Shown here piece after piece: positions 40,143-52,993 of a stretch of 64,000 nt of DNA; position 1 is the first letter of the stretch, and each line of letters opens with the position of its first letter. Both the position numbers and the translations under genes were made by a program. The DNA comes from Cyanophora paradoxa CCMP329. Lineage: Eukaryota > Plantae > Glaucophyta. The notes beneath the pieces were generated by a model, which saw only the letters and a program-made list of their open reading frames with translations, did not search any database and had not been told where the DNA came from. The stretch lies in assembly GCA_004431415.1 (NCBI GenBank), contig QPMI01000188.1, forward strand, positions 103,201 to 167,200. Direction: 5' to 3'.

Positions 40143-43100
40143 CTAGAGGGCGGCGAGGGCGCGGTCGAGGACGTCTGCGACGAAGTCGGCGTCCGGCCGC
40201 GTCATGCACATCGGCGGCTTGATCCTGCCCCCCGCGAACCCGATCAGAGGGGCGGGGGCGGGGGCGGGGACGGGGGCGGGGGCAAATGGGCGGGGGCGGG
40301 GGCGGGACGGGGGCGGGGCAAAGGCGCGGAGCAGTGGCAGAGGCGTAGGGGGGTGGGCGGGAGCAGAGGCGGAGGCTAGGCGGGGCAGGATAAAGCGGGT
40401 GGGCGAGCGGGGCCCGAGGCCGGTCTAGACTCTAGACTCAGACAGGGCGGGCCCGGAGCTCTCGGGCGTGTGCCGGGCGGGCGTGTGGAGGAGGCGGAGG
40501 CGCAGGCGGAGTGCTGAACCGTTCTGGACTAGAGGTGGCGGGCACTCGAAGTCGGGCGGGGGCGGGGGCGGGCCGGGCTCGCCTGAGGACGTTGCCGTCG
40601 AGGCCGCCCTTGCCCAGGAGCAGCCCCGCCTCGCGCGCCGCCTCCAGCACCGCCGCCGTCTCCGCCTTCGCAGGCTCCTTGCTCGCCCGGTCCTGCCCGC
40701 CCCAACGCGAACGACCGTGAGCGACGCGCCGAGCGAGTGAATGAGTGAGCGACGGGCCCGCGGGGGAGGTCGGTTGGAAAGCTAGGGCGAGCTAGGGCGG
40801 CTGCGCGCGGAGGAGAAGGGCCGCGGCGCGCGCTTTGGTGAGCTATCAGGAAGTGGTGGGCCCTCGGGAAGAGTTTCTAGCCATCAACCAGGATTCGGGA
40901 GACTCGGCTTGAGAGCTAGGATAGGGGCGGGGGGGGGTACGCGCCTTGACGAGCTCCACGCCGATCATGAGGCCCCGCCCGCGCACGTCCCCGACCACCG
41001 CGTGCTTCGCCGCCAGCGCCCGCAGTTTCTGCTGCAGGTGCCCGCCCACCACACGGCAGTTGAACTGCGCGGCGGAGCAGGGGGGGGAGGAGGAGTCTCA
41101 GGTGACGGAGCAGAGGCGGCTGAGGCAGGAGGGGGGGGGGGGGGGGGGGGAGGGGGTGGGGGAGCGCCTGCGTCGCGTCGTCGTCGATGGCGCGGAGGAC
41201 GGCGCGGCCGACGGCTGCGGCGACGGGGTTGCCCCCGAACGTGTTGAAGTGGATCTGTTCGTGGGCAGGGGTCGTGGGTGGGCGAGTGAGTGAGCGATCG
41301 GGGTCGTGGGCGGGGGTGGCGGGGCCCGGCGTGGAGTGGCCGGCCGGGGGCGGGGCCGGGGGCGGCGCGGCGCACGTGCGAGCTCATGGCCTCCGCGATC
41401 TCGCGCCGCGTCACCACCGCCGCCAGGGGGAACCTGAGGGGGGGTAGAGGGGGCCGTGAGGTCAACGATGCGTTGCTCGGGGAGAGGGGGGCGAGGGTAT
41501 GGGGGGGGGGGGGGGGGGGCTGCGGGCTCCAGATCTAGCAGGGCGGGGGGTACAGGTGCATCTCAGAGACTGGCGGACCCGTTGCCGATGCCTTTGGCGA
41601 GGGTGACGATGTCGGGGGTCACGCCGTGGTTCTCGAAGCCCCAGTACGCCGACCCCGTCCGCCCGAACCCCGTCTGGACCTGCAAAGAGGAGGGGTCTGA
41701 GGAGAGGGGCAGGGGAGGGGGAGGGGGAGTGGGAGGGGAAGGGGGAGGGGGAGGGGCGCCTCGTCCGCGATGCAGAGGCCCCCGGCCTGATGCAGAGGTT
41801 GTTTCAGGGGTACGGTTGGAAAGGGAGGGGGGAGGGGAGGGGGGTACGGCCACGCGCCTGGCGGACGACCTCGTAGGCGCGCTTCAGGTACCCCTCCTCG
41901 AGCTCGACGGCGCCGCCGACGCCCTGGATCGTCTCGTGCTGATGTGCGAACGCAGTTAGGGCGTACCCGGGCGCCGCCCGAAACGTACAGAGCGCGCACG
42001 AAGAAAGCGGCGACGCGGCCCGGGGTAGAGGAGCGGATCAGGTCCCGCAGGTCGTCGGCGTACCTGCCGGTCGAAAAGGTCATATGAGCAGAGGCAGGGG
42101 GGGAGGAGAGGAGCGGGGTACGGGCGCGCCTGGCCGCCGCGTCGGGGTGGCCGGCCCAGGGCCCCCGGTACGGGTGCGGGTTCGCCGCGTGGTGCACCTA
42201 CCCCCCAGCAGGCTGAGCGGAGGCGATGGGGCACGAGGGGGCGGGGGTTAGAGGGCGCGCCCCGAAGCCGACGGGGGTGGGGAAGCGCCAGGTGCCGTGG
42301 GCGGTGAGGCCTGTGCGTACGCCCCCGCGGGCGCCCCGTCGGCAGGCGCCCGAGAAAGAAAGGAGCTCTAAAGAAAGCAGCTCCGAGGAAGGAAAGGCTC
42401 CAAGGGAGCTCCAAGGAATGAAGGAGAGCGGACCCATGGTGCCGGGGCTGGCCCCGTGGTAGCAGTTGCGCAGCGCGATCACGTCGAACCTGAGACGCCA
42501 CGCCGCCATCAGCGGCCCGGCGGTGGCGGTCGCCGGGGAGCGCGGGGGCGGGGGCGGAGGTGGGCGGGGGCGGGCGGACAAGGGGCAGTCGCCTATTACT
42601 AGGGCGGTCGCTGGGGAGCGCGAGCGCCGGGGAGAGGGCGGGGGCGGGGGAGGGGGCGGGCGGGGTCGAGGTGGCGGGATCTTAAGAATCGGACGCGATG
42701 CAAGGGCGGGAGGGCGGGGCGGGGCGGGGCGGTGGGCGGGGGGCGGGGGCGGGGGCGGGCGGACGCGGCGGTGTGTAGGCGAGCCATGAGCATCGCTAGG
42801 TCGTTCGCCTCGGAGCCTGCCGCGGGGCGGGAGGTCAGGTGAGCGGGAGGCGGAGGGTCAGAGGTCCCGGGGGGCGAGTCGAAGGGGGCGGCCGCGGGGG
42901 CGGGGGCGGCGGGAAGAGGTTAGTTAAGGGCGGGGGGCGGGCGGGGGACAAGCTCGCGCCAAGACAGGAAAGCCCCCGGCTTCCGCACAGAGGACCCGTA
43001 CCCCCCACTTTCATCCCGCCCCGTACCCCCGCACCGGAGTTGACGAAGTAGACGCAGTCGAGCCCCTTGGGCATGCGCTCCGCCAGCTCCTCCGCGTACA

Positions 43101-43937
43101 GCGCGACCTGTACCCGGGCTCAGGAGGGGTACGGGGATCGACGGAGGGGGTACGGGGCGCCTCGGGGTGGAGGTAGATGGTGGTGGCGTGCTGCAGGAGC
43201 CGGCTCTGGTCCTCGCACGCCTTCACGACCTCGGGGTGGCAGTGCCTGCCGCCCGCCCCGCGTCCGGCGGTCAAGAAACGGACGGGGCGCGGGACGAGTT
43301 TTCAAACTCGAGGCGCGGCCGGCGCGGACCCGACGCTGACGGTGACGATGCCGCCGAAGCAGTCGAGGTAGCGCCTGCCACGCTCGTCCCACACGTACTG
43401 CATCTTCCCCTCCACAACCATCAGCGGCTTCTTGTAGTAGTGGCTGCCCGCGCCGCGGCCGTCCGCCGCGCGTCAGCTGCAGCCGCGGAGCGGCCGCGGC
43501 CGGGGAAGTGGGGCAGCGCGGGCGCGCACAAGATCGACGGATGCATGAACTTCTTCCGCTTCTCCAGCACCTCCTCGGCCTGCGGGCGGACCGCCGCGGC
43601 CGCGTTTGAATGCAGGCCGCCGCAGCGGCACGGGACGCGGCTCGAACGGCCCAGCGACATCCGCTAATTAGCTACGAGAGCACACGCGTGCGCGCGTACG
43701 CCCACAGCTAGATGCGTATGTCGCACAGTCGATGCGTCCCGCGCCTCCCCTTTCCCCGACACGCCCCGGAAGCGCCCGATGCGCGCTCTTAGGATACGCG
43801 CGCACCGTGGGGCCAGCGTACGGGGCCGGCTTGTGCGCGAACGGCGGAAGGGCCACCGCCGTCGACACGCGCCGAGCCCCGGAAACGCGGGCGGCGCCAG
43901 ATGGCGCAGCGGCCACGCGGCTTAGCTGCCTAAGCAT
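40143..43937 (-). CDS. AGXT2: Alanine-glyoxylate aminotransferase 2 (class III PLP aminotransferase), mitochondrial, 18 exons
   Basis: Arg/Ser presequence; [86 protein letters not shown] (PLP Lys), [15 protein letters not shown]. Confidence 0.97.
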
Positions 43938-44184
43938 GGCTGGCCTTGCTCAGCAGCAGCAGCCGGAAAAGTCAAGCTGCTGGGGGGAGTACACGAACAC
44001 ACTCGCGCGCGAGCTTGGAAACCTTGTGGCGAACCGTAGCGCGCTCGTTCACGAAGTGGAAGGCAGCGGAGAGACGTTCAAATTGGACGGGGGCCGGCGC
44101 ACTGCACCGCTTCCGTCGATCGGCCAGGTGCACCGCCGACAGTTCCGTTCTCGCGCACGCGCCTGCTCACCGCACGCAGGTAGT

Positions 44185-46899
44185 ATGCCGGCAGAGCCGC
44201 CTGGCGGCGCAGGCTTGCGTTCGGCCGGCCCGGCGGGCGCCGACGTCGTGTTTTCTGCCAGCCCTCCGGGCGGCGGCGGCGTGCCCGCAGCGGAGTCACG
44301 GCCGCACACTTCGACCGAGGATGAAGAGAAGCGGCCGCTGAGCCCCGCGCCGCACAAGCAGGGCGACCCGCTCGCGCCGCAGCCGCAAGCTCCCTGGACT
44401 GTCCTGGTGCGTCCCGCTTCCAGCGCCAGCGCTCGGCGCGGCGCTCGATGAGCGAGCGGTAACCGCTCTTTCCGAACTCGCCGCTGCAGGCCGGCCTACT
44501 CTCGCCCGTGGCCGGCGGGAGCATCGGCTTCGCGCGTCCGCCCCCCGCCCCTCCTCCTCCTGGGCTTCCCCGGGTACCTGCCTGCAACTGACGGGGCCGG
44601 CGGGGGCCCCGGGGCGCAGTTCAAACGGCGTACGCGACGAAAACGCTCCTCGAGCTTGGCCTCCCCGAGCGCTGGGTCGCCTGGGTCTGGCTCGTTGGTC
44701 CGCCCCGTACCCCCCCTTCCCCCGTCCCCCCTCCCTCGCTCTCCCTCACCCCGACGCGTGCGAGCAGGTCCGATCAGCGGCCTCTTCCTTCAGGTGCGGT
44801 ACCCCTCTTCCTCCCCCGTACCCCCGCACCTTGCCTTCTCATACCCCCCGCGCATCGGTGTACCCCCGCGCTCCTTGCCCCCGCTGCAGCCCGCCTTCGG
44901 ATCGCTGAGCGACTCGTGTGCGTGCCCCACTTCCCGCCCCGCGGTCCGCTGCCGAGATTGAACCGTACCCCCCTCGCCCCCGTTCCCCACCCTCCCCCCC
45001 CAGGCCGCCTCCCCTGGGGCAAGCGGCGCCCCTTCATCCTCGGTACCCCCCGCCTCCCCCACCCCTCCCCTGGCCTCTTCTCACCCCCCGCAGGCTTCAC
45101 TGTATCCCTGCTCCTCGCGATGGCGCTGTTCTGCAGCGCGGAGGGGGCGGGGGCGCGGGCGGGGATCAGCCCCTTGGTCCTCCTCCTCCCCGCCTTCTGG
45201 CTCCAGGACATCTCTCTGAACCTCCTCCAGGTCCGTACCCCCCCCTCCCCCCCCGCCCAGGCTCATCTGAGCGTCTGAGCCCCCCGGGTCGGGCAGGGCC
45301 CGTGCCGGGCGGTCCTCGTCGACGTCCTCTCGAAGGAGCAGCAGGCGACCTCGTCCGCCGGCTTCGCCTTCGTCTCGGGTACCCCTCAGACCTCCAAGTC
45401 TCCCCCCCCCCCCCCCCCCCCTCTCTTATCGTGGGGCAGGGCTGGGGAACATCGTGGGGGCGCTGCTGGGCTCGCTGCGGCTGGGACAGGCCCTCCCCGC
45501 CCTGGGGGGCGACCTGCGCGCCCTCTACGTCGTCTCCATGGCCTGCATCGCCGCCCTCGTCCTCCCCGCCCTCTTCTGGTACCCCCCCCGGGGCTTGTTC
45601 CCCACCTCTTTCCTTGAGCTCGGGGCGCAGCGGGCGGGAGCCAAAGCCGGAAGAGGAGGGGGCGGGGCCTGGCTCGAGCCGGCAGTACGGCCCGCTGCGG
45701 GTCCTGCGGCGCCTCTCGTCGCTCCCGCGGCGCGTCTTCGCTGTCTGCGGCGTCCAAGTCTGCTCCTGGCGCGCCCCGCCCCGCCCCGCCCCGCCCCGCC
45801 CCGCCCCGCCCCGGCTCAACAACGCTGCACCCCCGCTCCGCACGCAGGTTCGCGATGCTGACCTTCTCGATGTTCGCGGCGGACTGGATGGGCCGGAACG
45901 TGTACCCCGGGGACCCCTCGCTGCCGGCCGGCTCGCCGGGGCGCGAGGCGTACGACGAGGGCATCCGACGCGCCTCCTTCGCCTACATCTTCATGGTACC
46001 CCTCCTCTCTCCCCCCCCCTCCTCCCCGCCCCTGAGGCGCCCTGGCAGTCGGTGGCGTCGATGGGTACGGCGCTGGCGCTGCCGGCGCTGCAGCGGCGCC
46101 TCTCCGTGCGGGCCCTCTACCTCTCCGCCCACCTCCTCTTCGCGCGCCCCTACCCCCTCCCTTCCCTCCCGCCCCGTCTCGCTTCTTCTTCTGAGCGCCG
46201 GCAGGCGGCGCTGCTGGGCTCGGCCCCCGCCGTCTCCGCGTGGGCGGGGCGCGCCCGGGACCTTCGGGACCCCGGGGCGGCCCCGGCGCTCCCCGTCCTC
46301 GTCGCCGCCTCCTCCATCCTCGCCGGCAGCGGCGTGCGCCCGCCCCTCTCGCCCCGCCCCTCTCGCCCCGGCCCCGGCCCACGGACCCCCGCAGGTCGCC
46401 TTCTCGTTCATCATGGCCCTGCCGGTGCGCCCCTCTCGGCCCTGCTCCGCCCTCTCCGGCGCCGGCGCCGCTGACGCTGACGCCGGCACGGCGCGCCACT
46501 CGCGCAGTGGACGGTGCTGGGGCACGCGATGCACGAGGAGCGAAGCAACCGCTCCTTCCGCGCCGCCTCCCGCCGCTCCCTCCAGCTCCAGCTCCAGTAC
46601 CCCCCCGCCGCCTCCCCCGGGGGGTACGACGAGGAGGAGGACGAGGAGGAGCAGACGGGCCTCGCCGGCGGCCTCCTCAACGTCTCCCTCGTGCGCCTCA
46701 TGCTATAAATAGATCCCCGGCTCCGCCCCTGTACCCCGCCCAAGCTTCCCGCCGGCAGTGCGCGGGGAACATCCTGGCGGCGGTGGCGGGGTACGCGCTG
46801 GTGGGGGCGCGGCCCGGGGACTCGGGGGCGAACCTCGCGGCGGGGGGCGCCGCCTGCCTCGCGGGGGCCCTCCTCATCGCCCTCTCCCCCTCCATGTAG
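44185..46899 (+). CDS. SLC45/SUT-like (GPH/MFS) sugar:H+ symporter
   Basis: GFALQTAYATKTLLELGL...WVWLVGPISGLFLQ|PAFGSLSDSC, WGKRRPFILG, FWLQDISLNLLQ|GPCRAVLVD, FAADWMGRNVYPGDP...YDEGIR, GLAGGLLNVS. Confidence 0.9.
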
Positions 46900-47001
46900 C
46901 CCGCCCCGCCCCGGCGCCCGCGCGGGCGCTTGCGCGCCTTATTCTACGCGCCACGCCCCCCCCCCCCCCCCCCCCCCTTCCCCGAATGCTATTGCCTATA
47001 T

Positions 47002-50000
47002 TCAGAATTCCTCATCATAGTTGTCATAGTTGACGACGTCAGCCTTCGGAAAGGCAGATAGGAGACGCTCCTTGGCAACGTTCAGAAGCCTCGTTTGCTC
47101 GTCATGATCACCCTCCAGGCTGTGGCCCGGCCGGAGAATGAAGGAGCTCGCGGATGCGAACGGGCGGGCGGCCCCGAGGCGCCGCAGCGGCTCGAGCCCC
47201 TCCGTCGCATCCCACTCGTTGTCGATGGGAAGGACGAGGCACGCAATGTGCTCGAGGGCCGGGCAGGCGGCGAGCACGTCCACCGCCGCCGCGACGGGGA
47301 CGGGCTCGGGTTCTTGATCACGGTCATCGGAGCTCTCGGGTCCGATCCGCTCCAGGTGCAGTCCCCGCAAGCGCGGGCAGGCGGCGAGCGCAGCGGCAGC
47401 CTCCCCCCTCAGCGCTGCCGCCCCGACGCCGAGATCGACGAGGGCCGGGGCCGTTATCCGAAGGAGCTCCGCGAGCGCCGCGTCCACGCCCGGCTCGTAG
47501 CCCGTACCTGCGCGCGGCGCGGCGCGACGGGGATAAAACTCGAGTTCGAGATCTATAGAGAAGATCTATCTCGCGATCGATCTTCGAGTTCGAGATCTAG
47601 AGAAGTTCGAGATCTAGAAATATTAATGGTCTAAATCGCTTTCTGGTCAAGCACAAATCAAATTAAAGCTTTACAGCTAAATCACGCGATCGCGATGCGC
47701 ACGGATTCTCAGTTCGAGGTGCAGTCCAACGAGGGAGCGGGCGAGATGCTCAGTGAAGGCGCGGGCGAGGCAGCGTAGGTCGCTCGGCTGGAGGTGTCCC
47801 GATCGCGAGGGGCTGCGGCTGAAGGCGAGGAAGATGTCGAGCCGGCGGAGCTGGTGCAGCTCGGCGAGGGCTTCGAGCCACTTGTATGCGTATGCAAACG
47901 GCTGAGATGGCCCGCGCACGCGCGCGTCGACGGATACGTAGAGGTCGACCAGGGCAGGCCCGGCCGCGCGGAGCAGCTCCGCGAGCGCCGCGTCAAATTC
48001 CAGCAGACCGTCGGACTAGGCGTGTGGATATCCTGCATCCATTCTGCGAGACAAGAAAAAGTTATAAATTAATTATTAGATTTGACGTTTGATGCAGGCA
48101 TCATGACATGAGGTCTAGCTATAGATCTGGATATCGATCAACATTCGCACCATTTTGGACAGAGAGCCTGAGACGAAACGTGACAGCGCTAGCGAGGCGC
48201 TCGCGGAGAGCTGGAAAAGCGTGCGCGAGGGCGCGGAGGGGTCCCGCCTCGACGCCGGTGCCGCTGCACCTGAAACTGAAGGTGACGTCGAGGGTGCGGA
48301 GCCGCTGGAGGCCCTCGAGGTGCTTGTCGAGGCGGAAGAGAGCCAAGTGCCCCTCCGGATCCGGGGCGTTCCCGTACGGATCATCGATATCGAGACTCGT
48401 CTGTGCAAAATTACATATACACTCATGATCAGCAGCTGAAATCTCAAGCGCTCCTGATCGCGAGCGCTAGCGGAAATTCTTACAGATCTAGACTTACATA
48501 GAGATCGATATCCAGCTTCAGCTTCTCGAGCAAAGTGAGGCGCTCCAGAAAGGAAAGCTCCACAACATCGAAGTATGAATCCGAATCTGTTCTCACGTCG
48601 GAGCTGTTGCAATTGCAGGTCTACAGTCAGCATGATCATGAAAGCAGATGCATCGGCCAGTCTAGACTAGCACGCGGCGGCCTCTGCTCGCGATCGGGCT
48701 CTGCAGCTGACTGGGCCGGCCGCCGGTTGGAAACGGGGTAGAGTAGTGACGACCGGCGGCGGTCCGGCGCCGGCGCCGGCGGCGGCGCGGCCCGGCGGGG
48801 CGCGCGCGTGCGGCGCGGGCCCGCGCCTAGGCCTGCGCTGCTGCGCATGCACGCGCGCACTGCCGGCGCGGCCCCGCGCCTGCAGCTGCAGCCTGCAGGC
48901 TGCAGCTAGCTATAGCGCTGCGCATGCCTCAGTGCGCAAATCATAGCTAGCGCTATAGTATGCATATGCTGTGCATGCGCATGCCGGCGCCGCGCCTGCC
49001 AACTGCCGCCGGCCGGCGCGGCGCCGCGCCCGCACTGCCGGCGCCTGCACTGCTAGCGCTAGCGCGCTGGTGACGCCTCGCGCGCAAGTCCAGCAAGCCG
49101 CTAGCTATAGCCGGAGCTCAGCTATAGCTAGCTTCGCTGGCCAGCTAGCGAGCCTGTCGGCTAGCTTGCCGGCTAAATCGTGCGATTGTACCCAGCAATC
49201 GGCTCCATTCCCCCCTGCTCGAGTCTCGATGCGGCTGAAACTCTCGGGAGCTCTTTTTTTCCGCGTTCGGTACAACAGGTACTTGATGCGGCCTAGCGCG
49301 CCACGCGCTGCTTCCCGAGCGCTGGCATGTATGACATGCTCTGTCGAGCATCGCAAGAGCTTTCTTATGCACTTGGTCCGGCCTCTATACGACCACAGGA
49401 TCAGGCGCTGCAAGGGATAGTCCAGGAAAGGGTCCGGTCCTTTTTTCCGCGCAGCATTCCCCTCTTTTCGGGTTCTGACAACGAATTCCGGGCTCTCATG
49501 CATGCACTAACACTCGGTTAAGAGCTCAGAGCTGGATCGGGAGATGAGCAGACTCGTCATTTTGTAAGCTACCGAAAACGGGGGCCCTACCCCGTTTCCA
49601 ATTTCGATCTAGATGTCATGATCATATGCGCATGCAGAGTAACGCACAAGTTAACGTTGAGCTTGCGAAGGCGGCGGGCGGCCGGGCCCTGTGCGAAGAA
49701 CCCGAAGCTGCCTTCTAGATCGTGAGCTGCCTCCATTGACAGCTCCAGCTCCTCAAGCGCTGGGTGCTCGGCGAGGGCGGCAAGGGCCGCGGCGTCGTGG
49801 AGTCTGATAACGGCGGAGCGCAGCGCTGGCAGCGCGGCCGGATCCCGGAGTGCAGCTGCGGCAGCTGCGCCATCGAGCAAGGCGTGGTCGAGGATGAAGG
49901 GCAGCTTCAGCCGCTCCAGGCGTGGGAAGCGGGAGAGAAGTCGGACGGGATCTGGAATGCTCTCACCATTCGCTAGCGGACCCCATACGCATTCGAATTC

Positions 50001-50699
50001 GAGCTGGACGCTGATGCTTCTGAGCGTGTTGCAGCTGCCGCCTTCCGCCTCGGACACGCCAAGCGGGCGGAGCATGGCTGAAACGATGCGGGCATCGAAG
50101 TCGCTCAATTGGATGCGGGTTTCGCTCCCACTCATGATCAGCTCCTCCTTCATTGAAGAACTCATGATCATGCGGACGTCGACGCTGCTGAGACCACCGC
50201 TGGATGCCGAACAGGCGAAAAACAGGGATGAGACGGCCCCGCAACGCTCCGCACACGCGTGCGCTGCGCGCGCGTCGGCATACGCATCGACGTTGTACAT
50301 GTCAACCAGAGTGCTGCAGTTGATCGTGAGCTCCAGCGAGGCGCCGGCGGCCAGCCTGATTCGCGGCGCAGCGCCCGCGGAAGATTGGGCAAAGCACGCT
50401 GCTGCAAGCCGGATTGTCGCATCAGTGCTCGCCTTCAGCTGCAGCGACGGCCACGCCACACGATCGACTGCATCCCGCAGCTTCCTGCTGACCGGCCGCA
50501 AGCAGCGCCACGCCTCCGCTGGCCCGAGCCGCAACAGAATCGCCTCCAACACGTCATCGTGCAGCGCTTCGAGCGCCGACAGCTCGTGCGCCTCGCCCGC
50601 GGCCGGCTCGAGCTCCGCGGCCGGCGCCGCGGCCGGCGCCATCGCCTCGCCGACATCGCCGACGTCCGCGCGCCTCGCTCTCTTCCTCGAGCGCTCCAT
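47002..50699 (-). CDS. F-box plus LRR-like protein, multi-exon, internally duplicated; intactness uncertain
   Basis: F-box LEALHDDVLEAILLRLG...LRPVSRKLR (ORF 49587-50699); LRR-like exons ~48500-48620, 48130-48398, 47700-48015, 47002-47506; DAALAELLR..PALVDL occurs twice. Confidence 0.75.
48700..49601 (-). mobile_element. Non-autonomous Helitron2/Helentron-like insertion in the first F-box intron
   Basis: 15-bp inverted repeats TTGGAAACGGGGTAG (48727-48741) and CTACCCCGTTTCCAA (49587-49601); the latter also folds with 49572-49583 into a terminal hairpin. Confidence 0.5.
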
Positions 50700-51220
50700 C
50701 TAAGCGAGAATGAGCGCGAAAGGTGCGGATGGGCACGGAGCGGAGAACGCGCTCGAACAAGCCCGAATGGCGCGCGGGGAGCGAACCTGAGAATCAGAGC
50801 ACTGGGAGTGCGAAGAGGAGACGAGGGCGAGCGCAGGGCTGCAGCGCTGTTGATCTTGAGCTGGCCTCGACTAGCTATAGCCGGCTGGATGGCTTGGAGC
50901 CGCCCTGGGGTACGTGCACATTGAGCGAGGCCTGCTTGGAAAACTGCCAGCCATCCAACGCCAGCCTTGGCAGGAAAGATAGCATTCGCTTAGGGCGGTA
51001 GAACAGCGCGGCAGCGGCGCGATGGAACGACCGGGCCGGAGACAGGACGGCGAGAAGCGCGGCTCCGCGTCGTTCCTGGCGGTCGCAGCTCTTCCTGGCG
51101 CACCACACGGCTTCCGTCTTGACCATGATGCACGCGTGGAGTCCCGGGTGGAGCAGCCTGCCGTTTGTTGCGGGATGCGCGCGCATGCGCGCGTCCTTCG
51201 GGGCGGGCGGATTCAGAAGC

Positions 51221-52636
51221 ATGACCGCATTGTCCTCGCACATGCGGCATCTGCAAAGTCCGTTTTCCTCGGAACGAGCGCCCAGCGCGGCCTGGTTCGT
51301 CAATCGGCTCGCCCAGACCGCTGATCTCGCGACTCCGTGAGAGCTGACCCGTCCCGCGCGCAGGCGCACGTCGCGTCCTCGCTCAGAAGATCTGCGTTCG
51401 CTCCGGTGGACGCCGGGGCTCCCCGCTCCGTCGGTCCGGAGTGCAAGGCGAAGGCGCGTCCAGAGCATCGCGAATCCCCCGCGCACCGCGCGGCGGCTCT
51501 GACGCGGCGCGCTGCAGGCGGTCTCGGTGGAAAGGCAAGGCCGCGCGCCGCCGCGGAAGGCGGATCTCGCGGACCCTGCGCCGGCGGAGCTGATGGACAT
51601 CGACGGGGAGCTGGCGGCGTTGCTGGACGCTATGATAGGCGCCGGCGTGACGCTCGTCGAGGACGACGGCATGCAGCTCGACGACGTCATCGAGGGAGCA
51701 CTGCGCGCCGAGGCTGCCGAGGAGCGCGAGGCGGTGCAGGAGGACGTGCGCCGGGCGCGGCGCGCGCGGCGCGCGCTCGAGGAGGCGGGACCGGCGCCGC
51801 CGCCGGTTGCCGATGCGGAGGACCTCGTGCGCATAGGCGCGCACCGCGGACTCCGCCTGCGGGCCTCGCCGCTCGGCTTCAAGAAGCGATCGGCGGCGGA
51901 GATGCGCGGGGACCCGGCAGCGCCGTCGTCGTTCTCGTCGTCGTCGTCGGCGGTGGCGGCGGCGGGCGGCGCGTGGGAGCCGGAGCCGAAGAGCCTGCGG
52001 CAGTGGCTGGAGGAGGAGGCGCGGGCGGCGAGCGAGGACGCTGTGGAGGCAGAGGAGGAGGTCGAGCGCATCCTGCGGGACCTGCGCTCCGGTGCGGAGG
52101 TCAAGGCCGCGGCCGCCGCGGCCGCCTCGGTGCACTGGCCGGCGACGCCGGCCGGCGAGGCGCGGGCGGAGGCGATGCGCGGCAAGCGCAAGGGGACGCG
52201 GCACAGCGCGGAGACGCGGGCCAAGATCGCGAGCGCGATGCAGGGGCGGCGGGCCTCGGACCAGACGCGGACGCTCATGCGGCAGCGCAAGCTGGGGGCC
52301 TCGAACCCGTTCCACGGGCGGCGCTGGACGCCGGAGTCGCTGGAGAAGCGGCGCGTGGGCAAGCTGGGTCTGCGGTACACCTGCTCCCTCTGCGGGGAGG
52401 AGGGCCACAACCGGTGCGCCGCCCCGCGCCCGCCCGCCCGCCCCGCCCCGCCCCGCCCCGCCCCTCCGCTCACGCGGCCGCGCAGGCGGGCGTGCCCCTC
52501 CATCGTCCTCCCGTTTATGGCGGGGCGCGCCGGCGCCGGCGCTGGCGGCGACGCCGGCGGCGACGCCGTGCCGCTCGATGAGGGGAGCCCGAAGCTGTAC
52601 CGGGGGAAGCCCACGCTCATCTACCGCAGCTTCTGA
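51221..52636 (+). CDS. NUMOD3-motif plus CCHC zinc-knuckle protein, possibly organelle-targeted; 5' exons uncertain
   Basis: KGTRHSAETRAKIASAMQGRRASDQTRTLMRQRKLGASNPFHGRRWTPESLEK (tandem NUMOD3-like); CSLCGEEGHNR|RACP across an intron. Confidence 0.8.
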
Positions 52637-52993
52637 CCGCCCCGCATCGCATCGCCTCGCCGCGCCTCGCCGGCTGCTCGGCGGGAGCCCTCGTTCCCCC
52701 GTTTTTAATTTCCGGGCCAGCTTTAATTATCGGCAGTGTATAATTTCCCTTTCCGTACGCATATCGTAAAATTCCAAGAGCAGTTTCCCCACGTCATAAT
52801 ACAGTTCGACTTTCTGTACATCGTCTTTTCCCTACCTAGTTTTCATTTTCGATCCAATCCGCGCGGATCGCTGGCTCCGCTAGACACAGAGCCTCGAATG
52901 CTGTCCTAAGCTTCATTTACGCTGTTGTTTCAATAGACCGAGTCGTGTTGAAACGCCTCTTCAAAGCTTTTAAGGCTTGGCCGTGGGCTACTC

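Noticed and set aside
48017-48019. In-frame TAG suggesting the F-box/LRR gene is a pseudogene
   Set aside because: The TAG can serve as a splice acceptor; pseudogene status cannot be called without cDNA.
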